DNA from: Reclinomonas americana ATCC 50394
Lineage: Eukaryota
Assembly (NCBI GenBank): GCA_048213135.1
Contig: PS015042.1
Span: 18,786 to 52,938 of the forward strand
Direction of reading: 5' to 3'
DNA: 34,153 nucleotides
Below the pieces are notes generated by a model. That model worked only from the letters and a program-made list of their open reading frames with translations, had not been told where the DNA came from and ran no database searches. The first letter of the stretch is position 1. Each line of letters starts with the position of its first letter. Position numbers and translations under genes: made by a program. Shown piece by piece: positions 21,372 to 34,087 of the stretch.

Positions 21372-24300
21372 TCATTCCGCATTTTCTAACAATGGCTCAT
21401 GCAGCGTGCTGTGCGACAGCATGCGCGGCGCCATATTCACCATTCCCAATTCTACACCATCGGCCTCCTTTGGCTCGTTCGCCTCTGTGGCAGCTGTTGC
21501 GTTGAGAAAGCAAAAACTCGCCCAAGCGACACAAAAGAACTCTCTCACCTTGCCGCGATTTCTTTCGTCGCAACGACGCACTCTGGCACCACCGCTGCAG
21601 GCGTCTGAGCAACTGAAGCACCTTTGGACCGGCCAGCACCACGGACAGTACGACCAGCAAGACGATGCCGGCGGTGACCTTGAAAGGCGGCGACACTTGC
21701 GAGGCAAAGATGGTGGCGATCACCAGCAGGCCGCCCAAGCCGATCGCCTGTGAATTCACATTATCAGCCGAAGCAGCAGAAGTAGCAAGAGGGAGTGGGA
21801 AAGAAGCAGCTCTCTCATCTCTCCACCACGCTCGCCACTCCCTTCTTTCCTCCACTCTTCTTGCTCTCTGTCGCTCATTTGTTTCTCAACATCGACAACA
21901 CACTTAAACAGTTTTAGTTGTAGAAGGAATGCACACGAGACTTGTTGGCGATCACTGGTTGATGCTCATTGTTGTGTATGGATCAGTGAAGTTTCTATTA
22001 TTATCACTCGCTCTCCCGTAACCGCTCACAATCCACACTCAAACAATGCTTCCATCGCCTGTCACTCCCTTTCACTCTGCATCTTCCATCGCACTCTACA
22101 ACTAATCCGCATTCTCCTCAACTTCTTCCCTCCACCTCCCTTGCTCAGTCTCTCTCTCTCTCTCTCTCTCTCTTCCTGAGACGAGTCGAATAAGCAAGCA
22201 TGGATAAGCTACAATGGCGAATGAGACTTGAAGGGGAAATGCGAGGATGGTGGGGAGAGAAGAAGAAGAAGAAAAAACGGTGGAAGAAGTGAAGACTAGT
22301 GCATGTCAGTGTTAAATGAGCGGCGCCTCACTCATTATCACCCCTCAACCATGCCACATTCTCATTCACCCTTAATGCAACTGCCTTCATCCCTCCACTC
22401 TCCTTGCTCTCTGTCGTACATTCATTCACTCGCTCACTCGTAAACGCTCACAATCCACACTCAAACAACGACTCTCACTCCCTCTAACTCTGTATCCGCC
22501 ATCGCAACCTGCAACTAATCCACATTTTCCTCAACTTGCACTCCCGTCGCCACTCCGTTCTTCCCTCCCTGCACTCTCTGCCGCTCATTTTCTCCCTTCC
22601 CCCTGCCCTTCCCCTTCTCCTACCCCCTTTTGCCCTTCCCCCCTTTGCCCTTCCCCCTTGACCCCTTCCCCTCTTCATCCCCTTTCCCCTCCACCTGCTC
22701 ACCTCCATCACATTATCCCGAGCAACTCGGTACGGCCGCAGCGCCAGATGCACCGCCAAAAACGACGACAACACGAGCCACAACGCCAGCGGCAACGCCG
22801 ACCCTTGATTCGCACCCGCCATTGGGAAGAACACCACCAACAGGGCCAGGCGGCGAGCCAGCTGGAACGCTGCATTGTTTCTATTTTAAGCAGTGCGAAG
22901 AAAACAGAAACGCACACACAGAGAGAGGACTCTCACCCTGGAACCAGACGTATTGCGGCTTGAAGTGGTGGTAGAGAATGCCGAAGCGACGATGCACCTG
23001 CGAAGCAGCAGCCAGTGAACAACAAACAATCGCGACCGGACAACAGCTGTTCCACACACACACGCACCGTCGGCACCTCCAGCTGCTCGCGTTTTCGCAA
23101 CCTCACCATCGCCATTGTGAGCAGCACCGGAATAATGACCAGCACGCAAAGGAGCACCGCAAAGAGCGGCAACATGCGGCTCCAACTGGGACGATTGCTC
23201 GCCAATCAGCACCATGAATCCCTCCCACACACAAAGAGACACAGAAAAGGTACGCAACACTCCCTCAAAGCACATGATACTGGGTGAAAATAGCACCACG
23301 TGTGACTCGCCGACTGAGGTACATGAAAAGTACGTGCCCACCGCCTCCGCCAGTCCCTGGTACAGCGCAATGGCCAGCACGAGAGTGGACTGGAGGTACT
23401 TTTCGGCGTGCGACATGCGATCGAACCAGCGCAACAGACGCGTCCAGCGTGTCACCGGCGCACCGCCGTCGGGTCTGCGCGCCACATACGGGCGCACCAA
23501 CAAGCGCACCAACACGAGGTGGAGTAGGAACGTAGTCCACAGTACTCCCACCGACACCAGCGGCGACAGGATGCGCGCCACCAAGTCGCCAAAGGCGTCC
23601 AGGAAAATGGGGCATTGCGACGACGAGGACGGTGGCATGAACAAACTGACCAGGCGACCGAACGTGAGCAGCTGCACATTCGGGTAGAACAGCAGTGCCG
23701 TGGTCTGCACAAAGAAGATGACCATTTCCATGGTCGCTGCGCGCACAGATATCAGAGGAAAACAAGAGAAGAAAGTCGTGCCATACGCAACACTCACCAT
23801 CCTTGCCGCCCTGCGCAGAAATGTGCGTGAACAGCACCAGTCCCCAGATCTTACCAATGGCCTCCAGCCGAGCTACCGACGACGTCCCCTGGCAGGCAAT
23901 GCAGCTGCCTTGCCATTGCGAATAGTTATCCTGCAGCGAAACACTGTATTAGAAACCATAATATTGCACACCACGTGCCTGCGAGATGACTGCCAGGCAA
24001 GCTGCACAAGAACGATGCGTGAAAGAGGAAAAGAGAGAACGACGCATGAGATCGGCCAGTCCTCGAAAGAGAGACATTTCTGAGCAAGATGGAGAAAGTC
24101 GCTGCACGAGATCAGCCTGTGCTCGAAGAGAGATGACTAATCGCTTCTCCTTCCCTCTCGGTACGTGATCAACTTCTTATGAATATAGACGAGGTCAACG
24201 CCCTCTTGATCTCCCCCTTCCCTTCCCATCCCACCCTCGCTCTCTTCTCTTCCCCCAACCCTTGACCCGTCACACGCAGTTTTCATCGAGTAGACAAAAG

Positions 24301-27300
24301 TGGGGAAGAAACATATCATGTCTTCCTCTTCCCTCTCCTTATGTGTTCTACTTCTCTTGCCGCTGCGTGAATAACGTGGTCCTTTCTCGTTCTCTACCTA
24401 TCCATTTCTTCTCTTCCCTGTCCTCCTCCCTTCCCCTACCTTCCCTTCGCCACCCATTAACTCTCCCTATGTTACCGGTTGAAAGAGTGGGGGAGTTCTA
24501 GAAGCGCGAACACCATGGCCACGGCCAAGCGACCCCTTGACCTCCCTTCTCCCGTCCAATTCGTTTCTTCCTTCCTCGCTCTCTCTTGCGCAACCCTTCT
24601 TTCGATGTCTTTCCTTTTTGCTTCCTCCTTCCCCTCCCCTTCTTTTCTCTTTTTCTTTCTCACCTCTCGCTCCCTCCCTATCTCCCTTCCTTTCCTTCCT
24701 CTCCCTCCCTTTCTCTCACACTCCCCTTCCCTTTAACCCCCTCCCCTTTTCTCCCCCTTCCCCTTCATCCCCCCCTCCCCCTCTCCTTCCCCCTACCCAC
24801 CTCACACGCTCCACACAACGGCGAATCGGCGAGTCGATGACTCTGCGGATTGCAATAGTTCGCCCCCGGCACCATCTCCGTGGACGACGACGTATCGCAA
24901 AAGTCGTACGGACACGCGTAGGTAATCACGAGACCGCTGGCCGACGGCACCACGGTGGATCCCGAAGATCCACGAGCCAACACCGGCACAATCGTCATGT
25001 TGGCGTTGACGGGGAAGGCCCAGCTTTGCGACTCGACAAAAACGCCCTGACCGCCATTGGAGGTGCTCTGGCACACGGCGCCGTTGGGGCACGAGACGCA
25101 CGATTGGTTGAAAGCCTGGCCCGGCAACGAGTACGTCCCCGGTCCGCACACTTGACAGCCGACGCCGGGCGTGTAGGCCAGGCCAGCGGGACAGGCGGTC
25201 ACATCGAGCGTGAGCTGCGGCGCCGGTCCGGCAAAACTGCCTCCGTCGCTGGTGCCCACCGACAGCGTCATGTCGGTGGCCCTTGTCGCCAGTGTCGGGA
25301 CAGACCGAGTGCCGCTGGTGGTGGTGGACGGCTGGCCTTGCACAGTTACCGACAGTTGGAATGTGGCAGTGCCACCGACTGTGGCTTGTGCTTGCGATCG
25401 AGTCTGCACGACAGACACTACGTGTGAGAACTGCCGTCACAACTCAGAGCAAGACAATGCGACGACGACGACGACGCACTCCGGCACTGCACCCGGGGCA
25501 ATTGAGCAGGAGCAGCGTCGCGTCCAGTGTGGTCATCAGGTGACCAAACACGTCGGTGGCATTGACCAGCACCGTCCGTGGCGTCTTTGGCGACGGGTAC
25601 GACGGACCGGCAACCACCTCAAGAGCCGCGGAATAGAGCGCTGCGACACAGCAACCAAATTAGATGCACCGCGAGAACAAAAATCAATTAAAAACGGTGC
25701 GCAACTGCTGGCCACATCACTGGCCTCCAAATTCGTGGCGCTATTGCCATACACCGACACTCCATTCTGCGCCGCCCACTGCGTCCATCCGCCACTGGCT
25801 GCAAAGGTGGCTGCCACCGTCGACAGCTGCTGTGGATTGCCGCCGCCGTCCCAAAAAATGCCACCGCCAGCACCCTCACCAAGGACATGGGCCGCCCCTG
25901 TGCGCGCCAGCGCCTGATTGCCAAACACGGCCACGTTGAGCAGGGTGACGCCCACTGGTACGACCGCCGCGGTGGGGGTCGAGTTGGCGGTCACAGTCAT
26001 GTTCACCGCGAGGCCACCACCACGACTGCCCGACACGTTCTCCGCAAACGTGCAATCGATCAGCTGCGTCAGCGTGCTGTTGACAATCGATGCGCCACCT
26101 CCGTCGCCAAAGAGTGCCACGTTGCCGAGCAACTGACAGCTCTCGCACGACAGCGATCCGGAACCCGCAGCAAAGACACCGCCGCCGGCAGCCAGCGCGC
26201 GATTCTTCACCATCTGTGAGTTTTGCATCGCCACCGCCGCCGTGTTGGCCATTTGCAAACCGCCGCCGTACTGCGCCGAGTTTGACACAATGTTGACTCC
26301 ATTGGCGGAGAGCTGTGCCGTTTCGCTCACCGATAGCGCGCCACCACCTCCAGCCAACACCACATTGTTCGCGAGGGTGGTGAGGTAGAGGTTGACGGTG
26401 GAGTTGCTGGCGGCGTACACAGCGCCGCCCAGCAGCACTGCACTGCCGCCCGACAGCGTGCTTCCGGTGTCGGACCACGTGACCAAGCCACGCGCACTGA
26501 CGTGACCGCCAGTCGTCGTGGCGGTATTGTTCAGCAGACGTGACACGGTCGATGTCACTTGCGCGAGTTGGGCCAGGTAGACCGCACCACCGGCCAGCGC
26601 CGCGTTATTGCCAGCCACTGTACAGTTAATAACGCGCATGGTGACGACGCCATCAGCGTACAGGCCACCACCATCGGCTGCGGTGGCATTGTTGCCAGTG
26701 ACGGTGCAATTCGTCAGCACATGACTGCTCTCCTCGCCACCGTACAATCCACTGCCAAACGATGCCGTGTTGCCGACCATGGACGCGTTGGTCCACTCGG
26801 AGGCCGACTGCGAGTTGGAAAACAAGCAGCCTCCGAAACGCCCCGCCTGATTGCTCTGCATGCTTGATCCGCGTTCCACGGACAGCACAGCAGTGTCGGT
26901 GAGGTGAGCGCCGCCACCGTTACGCACAGCGGTATTGCCGCTGACGCTGGAGCCGTCTGTCACCACCAGGCTCGCATCGTCAGCTCGCAGTGAGATGCCG
27001 CCGCCGTACGCCGCCTTGTTGCCCGACACCACTGTGGCGATAATGGCGGCCAGCGAAGCCTCCTCGTTCATGACAACACCACCGCCGTAGCCACCGAGCG
27101 CTGTGTTGCCGGTGATTGCCGATGCACGCACCGCAGCATCGCTGCCGACGAATGCCACTCCACCGCCGGCGAATTCAGCCTGGTTGTTCGACACTGTGGA
27201 CAACGACAGACGGGACTGGGTGCCGATAAGCACCCCGCCGCCAGTCATCAGAGCACCGGTGACAGAGTTGCCCGAAATATCACATTGAGTGGCGCTGCTG

Positions 27301-30300
27301 GCATTATCCAACAACATGGCACCGCCGCCAGAAGCACGACCAGCAATGACTTTGGTGGTCGTGGAGCCGGCCGAGTTGCCGCTGAACGAAGACATTGAGA
27401 CGGTGGCGTTGTTCAGCATCAGCAATGCGCCGCCGCCGCAAAAGCTGCCAGACAAGTACGACTGGCTTCCGGAGCCAGCATTGAGAGCACGATTGTTGAT
27501 GAAACGACTGCTTGTCACCGACGTTGGGTTGATAAGCAGCAGCGCGCCGCCGCCATTGTGAGCGCTGCCTTGACCACTCAGTGTGTTGTTCACGCCGCCA
27601 GAACCGTCGCCGTTCGACAGATTGCTGTCAAACGTGCAGTTGGTGATGGCATATGGAGCCTGCCAAGACGACACAGCACATGAAAGGTGAGGTAAATCGC
27701 GAGTGACTCGGGATTCACAAGCATCGGTGACATACTTGCAAAGACGGGGCAGAGGCAACAATCAACGCGGCACCGCCGCCAGCCAAACCACCAAACGACG
27801 CGCCCATCTGTGTGGAGCTGCCACCCGCACCGTTGAATGAGGAAGTGTTGGCGGTGAAGGTGGAATTGCTTGTGCTCTGCGCGTGCGTACACATTCGCTC
27901 AGCAAAACCCGCAAAGAAAAGTGAGGCTCGCCTCAGCACGAGGAGATGAGACGCACAAACATGGAGCCTGCTTGCGCAGTGAAAATCAAAAGAGCTCCAC
28001 CGCCCGAGTACGTTGTGGAACTGAGCGCGGCGAGTAGCGTATTGCTGCCGCCGTGACCTGCAGAACAGCACGCCGGTGAGGCGCCATGTTGGAAGAACAG
28101 ATGCGAATAAACACCCACCATTTCGCGCAGCCGTGTTGCTGACAAAGCGAGTTGAATTCACCTGCCACACACGCACACACGTTACTAAACATGCACTGCA
28201 TCAGTTGATAGCTGGACGGGGGGAGGAACCTGCAGCACACTGGAGGCTAATTGCACCAGCAGAGCGCCGCCACCGGCCACACTTCCAGATGAATCGGATC
28301 GCCCATACTGGGTAGTGCCGCCGGCAGTGTTTCCCACTGCGCTGTTTTGCAGAAATTGCACCTGCTGCACACTCACCTGCGCAGAAAACGAACCATGGTT
28401 AGTAGAGGCACAAGGGACAACGAATGAATGAGTGACTGACCACAGAGGAACCAGTGGCTCGGAGGAGCAGCGCACCGCCGCCGTTGATGATTCCTGTAGA
28501 CACAGCAGATGAACCGCTGCCACCTACGCCATTATCGCTCGCCGTATTGTTGGTGAATGTGCAATTTGCAATCGTCGCAAGCTGCAGTAGCATGTGTGAT
28601 GAACGACGCACAGCAGCGGGGCACAAAGCTGCGAGACGGCATTATATACCATCGAGGCAGAGTAATACGCCGCTAAAACGCCGCCGCCATTGACAGAGCT
28701 CGAACTGTCGGTCGATCCAGCGGCGGAGACTGTGGAAGAGAGTGAGTGAATCAAGTGCGTGTAGAGTGATGACAATTGATTGAGAAAGACAGAGCATGCA
28801 ACAGTAGTTGAGCGGTGCACACCGAGAAGGATGACAGGTCTGGAACAACAACGAGAGAGAAAATGAGCAATGTAAAGTGCGCGATACCTCCGCCAGCTCC
28901 ATTGCCCTGAGCCGCATTGCCGACAAAAGTACTGTTCACAATCATCTGCGACACGCCAGCTCAATCACGCGCACGTACATCACGGAGAGATCTGCAGCAG
29001 TGCAGTCGTGACACTTACGTGACTGCCGCCGCCTCCAAAGCCAACGATGATGGCTCCTCCACCATTGTTCCCACTCGTGCAGTCGGCGCTCACAATACCT
29101 ACACTTTGCAGGTCAATGCCCTGACAGCCAAAGCATATAGAAAATATAAAAAAGACTCTCTTCGCACCTTGAGCGGTGCCTCCCGAGCCGTTACCAATGG
29201 CCGTGTTGTTCACAAATGTGCTGGAAGCGATCGTCTGCGGCGATCAACAGTGTGAGCAACATCGTGTCCCGCTGTATACACACACACAGACCGTCGTGAG
29301 AGAGTTACCTGACTGCCGGGAACGTTGTTGAAAAACGTCAGCAACGCTCCACCACCGTTCTGATGACCTCCACTATTGGCATCGCCACCGATATCTGTTG
29401 CAATATCATGGGTTAGATGATCGAGCACAGCAAATCTGGAAATACAGCCATGTAAAGCAGACCGCTGTCAGCGAAACCGCCATTTCCATTGCCGGCGGCG
29501 GTGTTGTTGATGAAGGTTGACCCAGCAATGAGCTGGGAAGGACGAACGTGAGCAGCCCAAGACGCGTTCGTTATGAATGCATCTGTGTGCACAAACCTGA
29601 CTGCCTCCGCCGTAGAAAAATGCACTTAGCACACCTCCGCCATTCAAGTAGGCCAGCGACGAAGCCGTGCTGCTGCCGTTGCCTTCACAACGCGCGGTAT
29701 GAGAAGCGTGGGCAAAGGACGATCACGCACACAAAGACAGCTCCCCCGCTCACCTGACACCAAAGCAGTTCCTCCCGCACCGTTCGACCGAGCGGCATTG
29801 CCAATAAACGAGCACGAGTTGAACGTCTTCTCATCATGTAAGCGGAATAGAACGCAGCAGGGATCGGGAGAAAGAGCCTTCACTTACCTGCGTGCCGAAT
29901 GCCGAGAAAATGACTGCAACCGCACCACCACCGTTGCCTGAGCCAGATGCGTCGGCCTGGTTGCCACCACGTCCACTGGCCGTCACTGCTCTCCATGTCA
30001 GCTCTCGACAAGGAGTAGCGACGAACTCACTGCCCATCACGTTGACTGACCTGTACGAGGTTGCGCGGTACCACCACTGGCGTTGCCACTGGCTTCATTG
30101 CCGTAAAATGTACTGCTTGAAAACGTCTGCACAGAGAGTATGTGAGGCGTGCGGACTTCACTTCGACCGACGAGTGTGTGCGCACGAACCTGATATCCAC
30201 CACCGGTGAAGACAGAGAACAGGGCACCACCTCCATTATTGGAGGTGGAACTCAGTGCGAAGGCGCCAACTTGAGAGCCCTCTGAGATGGAATCGACATG

Positions 30301-30779
30301 AGCTTGACAACATGTCAACACGCACACTTGCAAAGTTGCACGCAACCAGTGGGCAACGTGGCTATTCCGCCGACGCCGTTCTGGTTCGATCGGTTGCTCA
30401 CGAACGAGCAACCGGTAACCATCTGCGTTCATGGCGTTTCAATTAATGCACACTTGACACCCCGACAACAGTTCCACTTTCAACAAATCAACGCCTCACT
30501 TGAACTCGCACCCAACAACCAAACAGAACAGATATCTGAGAAGAAGCACGGTACCTGTGTTGATGTTCCCAAGAAAATTGACCACATAGCACCACCGCCG
30601 TTGCCTGTGGAGCCAACACTGTTGGCTGTTGCACATCCGTATACGTCGAGCATCCCGGCACCTGCGCGCATGACGCAACAACTCAGCGTACAGTCACATG
30701 ACTCGCCTGGCTGGCGCGCCTCACCTGCGTTGCTGTTTCCAATGGCAGAGTTGTTGAAGAATGTGCTGCCCGTCAACAT

Positions 30780-30845
<66 letters not shown>

Positions 30846-31445
30846 CGTCGTCGTCGACACACGACGACGAGACGACGTAGTGGACGGACGACGACGAAGT
30901 ACGTACGTACGTTAACGAACGGACGAACCGTACGTCGTCGTCGTGTCGACGAACGAACGTAACTAACCGAACCACTACGTCGCCCGACCCGCCGTACCGT
31001 ACGTCCGGCCCGNNNNNNNNNNNNNNNNNNNNNNNNNNNNNNNNNNNNNNNNNNNNNNNNNNNNNNNNNNNNNNNNNNNNNNNNNNNNNNNNNNNNNNNN
31101 NNNNNNNNNNNNNNNNNNNNNNNNNNNNNNNNNNNNNNNNNNNNNNNNNNNNNNNNNNNNNNNNNNNNNNNNNNNNNNNNNNNNNNNNNNNNNNNNNNNN
31201 NNNNNNNNNNNNNNNNNNNNNNNNNNNNNNNNNNNNNNNNNNNNNNNNNNNNNNNNNNNNNNNNNNNNNNNNNNNNNNNNNNNNNNNNNNNNNNNNNNNN
31301 NNNNNNNNNNNNNNNNNNNNNNNNNNNNNNNNNNNNNNNNNNTCGGTCGTCGCGCGCCGTCCACCTACGCGTCGTCGTGTTCGTTACTAGTACGACGAGT
31401 AGTTGTTAGTAAGTAAGTAGTCGTCGTCCGTCCGTACCGACACTA

Positions 31446-31512
<67 letters not shown>

Positions 31513-32551
31513 CGCGTTGGCACACACGGCAGAGACCATGTGGGACAGCAGATGCATTCGAAGACGAACCTGCGTCGTGTTGCAGGCAAATGAAACCCAC
31601 ATTGCACCGCCGCCATTGCCGCCGCCAAGACTGGAAGTGTCCGACGCGCCGAGACCTGCCGACGACTTGCTCCCTCAGCACGGAGGGATGAATAAAGCAA
31701 ACATGAGAATACAACTTGCTGACCTCCGCTTCCGTTGGTATTGGCTGTGTTGTCGACAAACGAGCAGTTGCTCACGGTCTACCAGCTTCAACCGTCAGCG
31801 ACGAGGGTCGTGATCAGATGCACAGCGCACGAATGACAAGACCTGATAGCCGGCGATGGAGTAGAACCGCACCCAGACGGCACCACCTCCGCCGTAAGTC
31901 CCCGAGCTCGTGGACACGACGTTACTGAATCCATTTCCTGCATCGCGAAGAAATATGAATCGAATTTGTTAACACTGCAAGCCGCACAGAATGAATGTAC
32001 AGTACCGCCACCAAGGTTCAAATTTGCCGAGTTTCCATTAAAAGTGGAGTCCGTAAGAGTCTGCACACTGCCGAGTAAACACTCCCGTGAAATCATAAAT
32101 ATGGCACGCGCAAGTTCGCACACCTGATTTCCAGAGCCACTGAAAAACGTCCACAGCGCACCACCGCCAACGTTTCCACCGCTGTTGCTGGACTCGCTAA
32201 AGGCAGAACCTACCCAGGATAACATGCGCACTTAGCGGTTGCTCCAGCAGGAAGACGATAGACTAAGAGCTCACCCCCCGCATTGCCTCCAAAGCTATTG
32301 CCATTGGCAGCGTTGTTGGTGAATGTGGAGTTGTGAATTGTCTGCAATCCAGTATGAGGTCGGATACGCTGTGGATAGCATCTGCACGTACATTACTCAC
32401 CTGCACACCCGTGCAACCAGAATCGAAGCATACTGAGACCACACCAGGCTGGGCTTGGCAGAATTTGGTCCACAGAGCGCCGCCGCCCAAGAAAGACGCA
32501 GAACTCCGAGCAACGTTGAAACCACCGCCTGCAGAGAGAAACACAAGATAT

Positions 32552-32588
<37 letters not shown>

Positions 32589-34087
32589 CAGTGAAGGGAA
32601 GGCAGCATACGGCGCAGTTTCGACGACACATCAGAGAGACAGATAATACAGCGAATAATGAACGAGAGGCTGGCAAACAAAGAAGAAGATGTGTGCGGAC
32701 CCAGAAGAACTGCATACAAGTAGAAAATCACTCCACACTCACCGCCGGCGTACTGCGTCATGCCATTGTTACTCGCCGAGTTGGCGACAAATGTCGAGTT
32801 GGAAAGCGTCTGCACCACCGCACGTTTCAATAATCTCCACAATAGTAGCTCTGGTAGATCTGACGGCAATCAAACCTGATTTCCTCCGCCCTCCAGCCAA
32901 AACCACACCGCACCTCCTCCACACGCCGTTGAGGAAGTGTCCGCGGTACTCACCGAGTTCTCTGCTCAAAGAACGTCAGAGGGGGGCTCATGCAAGTCGA
33001 CAGCCAAGTAAGTCACCAGACGTCGTGGCAAACCCGCCAACGCAGTTGGAGTTTGCCATGTTGTTTGCGAATGTGCTCCTTGTTAGCGTCTGCGACGACA
33101 TGGGTCGGTTACATGGACACTGAAACAATCCTTGGTGTATACAAAGACGCACTTGAAAACCAACTCCGCCTATAACACCAAACACGGCACCACCTCCATT
33201 GTTGCTGGCCGTGGTCGTTGCGTTCACGGCAAGTGCACCTGTGACAGAGAAATGTGAGTGACCTCACCGCCGCGCAGAAAGCCCAACGACACCGCTCCAG
33301 ACCAGAGGCGATGTTGGCAGCGCCATTGCCACTCGCGGAGTTGCCACTTAATATGCAGTCATCGATCGACTGGCAAAAAAACGCACAAAGTAAGTTACCT
33401 ATCTATTCAGCGACTGCGTTTATCGACACTCACCTGCCCTCCCGCAGCTCCAGCATAGAACCACAGTGCGCCACCACCACTGTACCCGCCTGAACTGGCA
33501 GCAGCCGTCAGTCCACCGCCTACATACACCATTCACCGTTGAGCACACAGCGCGGGCATGCGACAAAGCTTGAGTTGACCCTACCGCCACTGGCATTGAC
33601 GTTCGCAGTGTTCCCGGTAAACAGCGTGCGGGTAACAGTCTGCAGCGAGAGTAGCGCAATGAGACAACAAAGCTGAGGCATGGACTGCTGCATATACTAC
33701 TAGCATCACCTGGTACGCGTTGACAACAGAATACATTAACACAGCGCCACCGCCGTTAAACAGGCCAGCGCTGCTTGCGTCACCCATGAGGGAACCCGAG
33801 GGAGCTGCTCAACAGTCAGTGACGAGAACAGAGGAGAGAGATGACGAAACGACGTGGAATACGCACCGTTAGCCACGCCGCCAATTGAGTTGCTGGAAGC
33901 GGCATTGCTGGTAAATGCGCTATTTGTAATAGTCTGTATTCGTAGTGAATCAGAGCGAGTCCTCGGCCGAGAAGAATATGTATCCGAAACATACAAACCT
34001 GGTAACCGGTACCAGCCCCGAATACCGTCCACACCGCGCCACCGCCAGCATTCATTGCCGTGCTGACTGCCGTAGTTGTGCCATAAC
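21372..34087 (-). CDS. Very large Pmp-like (FxxN / GGA[ILV]) beta-helix repeat transmembrane protein with a Cys-rich juxtamembrane region and a multi-pass (~7 TM) C-terminus; 5' end lies outside the window
   Basis: >35 small repeat exons (34087-27735); one ~2-kb exon (27659-~25710) with many N.A..GG[GA] repeats; then ACPAG...CQVCGPGTYSL...SCVSCPNGAVC and CPYDFC...C...SPLCGACE...SCIAC. TM segments follow (IFFVQT, SQCP, YFSC..V...SPSIMC, RFGILYHHFKPQYVWFQ, RPYRVARDNVME, final TM pair). The tail ends HEPLLENAE* at 21372. Splice phases are consistent throughout. Confidence 0.9.
21835..22560. repeat. ~420-bp-spaced degenerate direct repeat in a late intron of the large gene
   Basis: cgta.acgctcacaatccacactcaaacaa (~22017 and ~22439) and ccatcgca...caactaatcc.catt.tcctcaactt (~22085 and ~22499). 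Confidence 0.75.
27735..34087 (-). repeat. Tandem array of ~19-20 exon cassettes, each encoding one long Pmp-like repeat
   Basis: Period is ~280-300 bp. Exon A is T/M-x-x-(N/S)-(S/C)-T-F-x-x-N-x-A-x-x-N-x-x-G-G and exon B is ...N-G-G-G-A-hydrophobic strand...Q. Confidence 0.85.
30783..31508. other. (CA)n microsatellites and low-quality sequence flanking a 330-N assembly gap, within an intron
   Basis: CA runs at 30783-30843 and 31448-31508; cgtcgtcg/acgtacgt noise next to the N-run. Confidence 0.8.

Noticed and set aside
25210-27600. Plus-strand ORFs over the large exons
   Set aside because: These are antisense shadows of the GC-rich minus-strand CDS.
30843-31445. Odd quasi-palindromic cgtcgtcg/acgtacgtac sequence that could suggest a novel repeat or element
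   Set aside because: It directly abuts an N-gap after (CA)n tracts and resembles degraded read-end (flow-cycle) noise; most likely an artefact. The gap could hide further cassettes.
27735-34087. Introner-type (transposon-derived) introns as the explanation for the dense intron array
   Set aside because: The introns show no visible mutual sequence similarity or terminal repeats. Their positions track the protein repeat, which favours cassette duplication.
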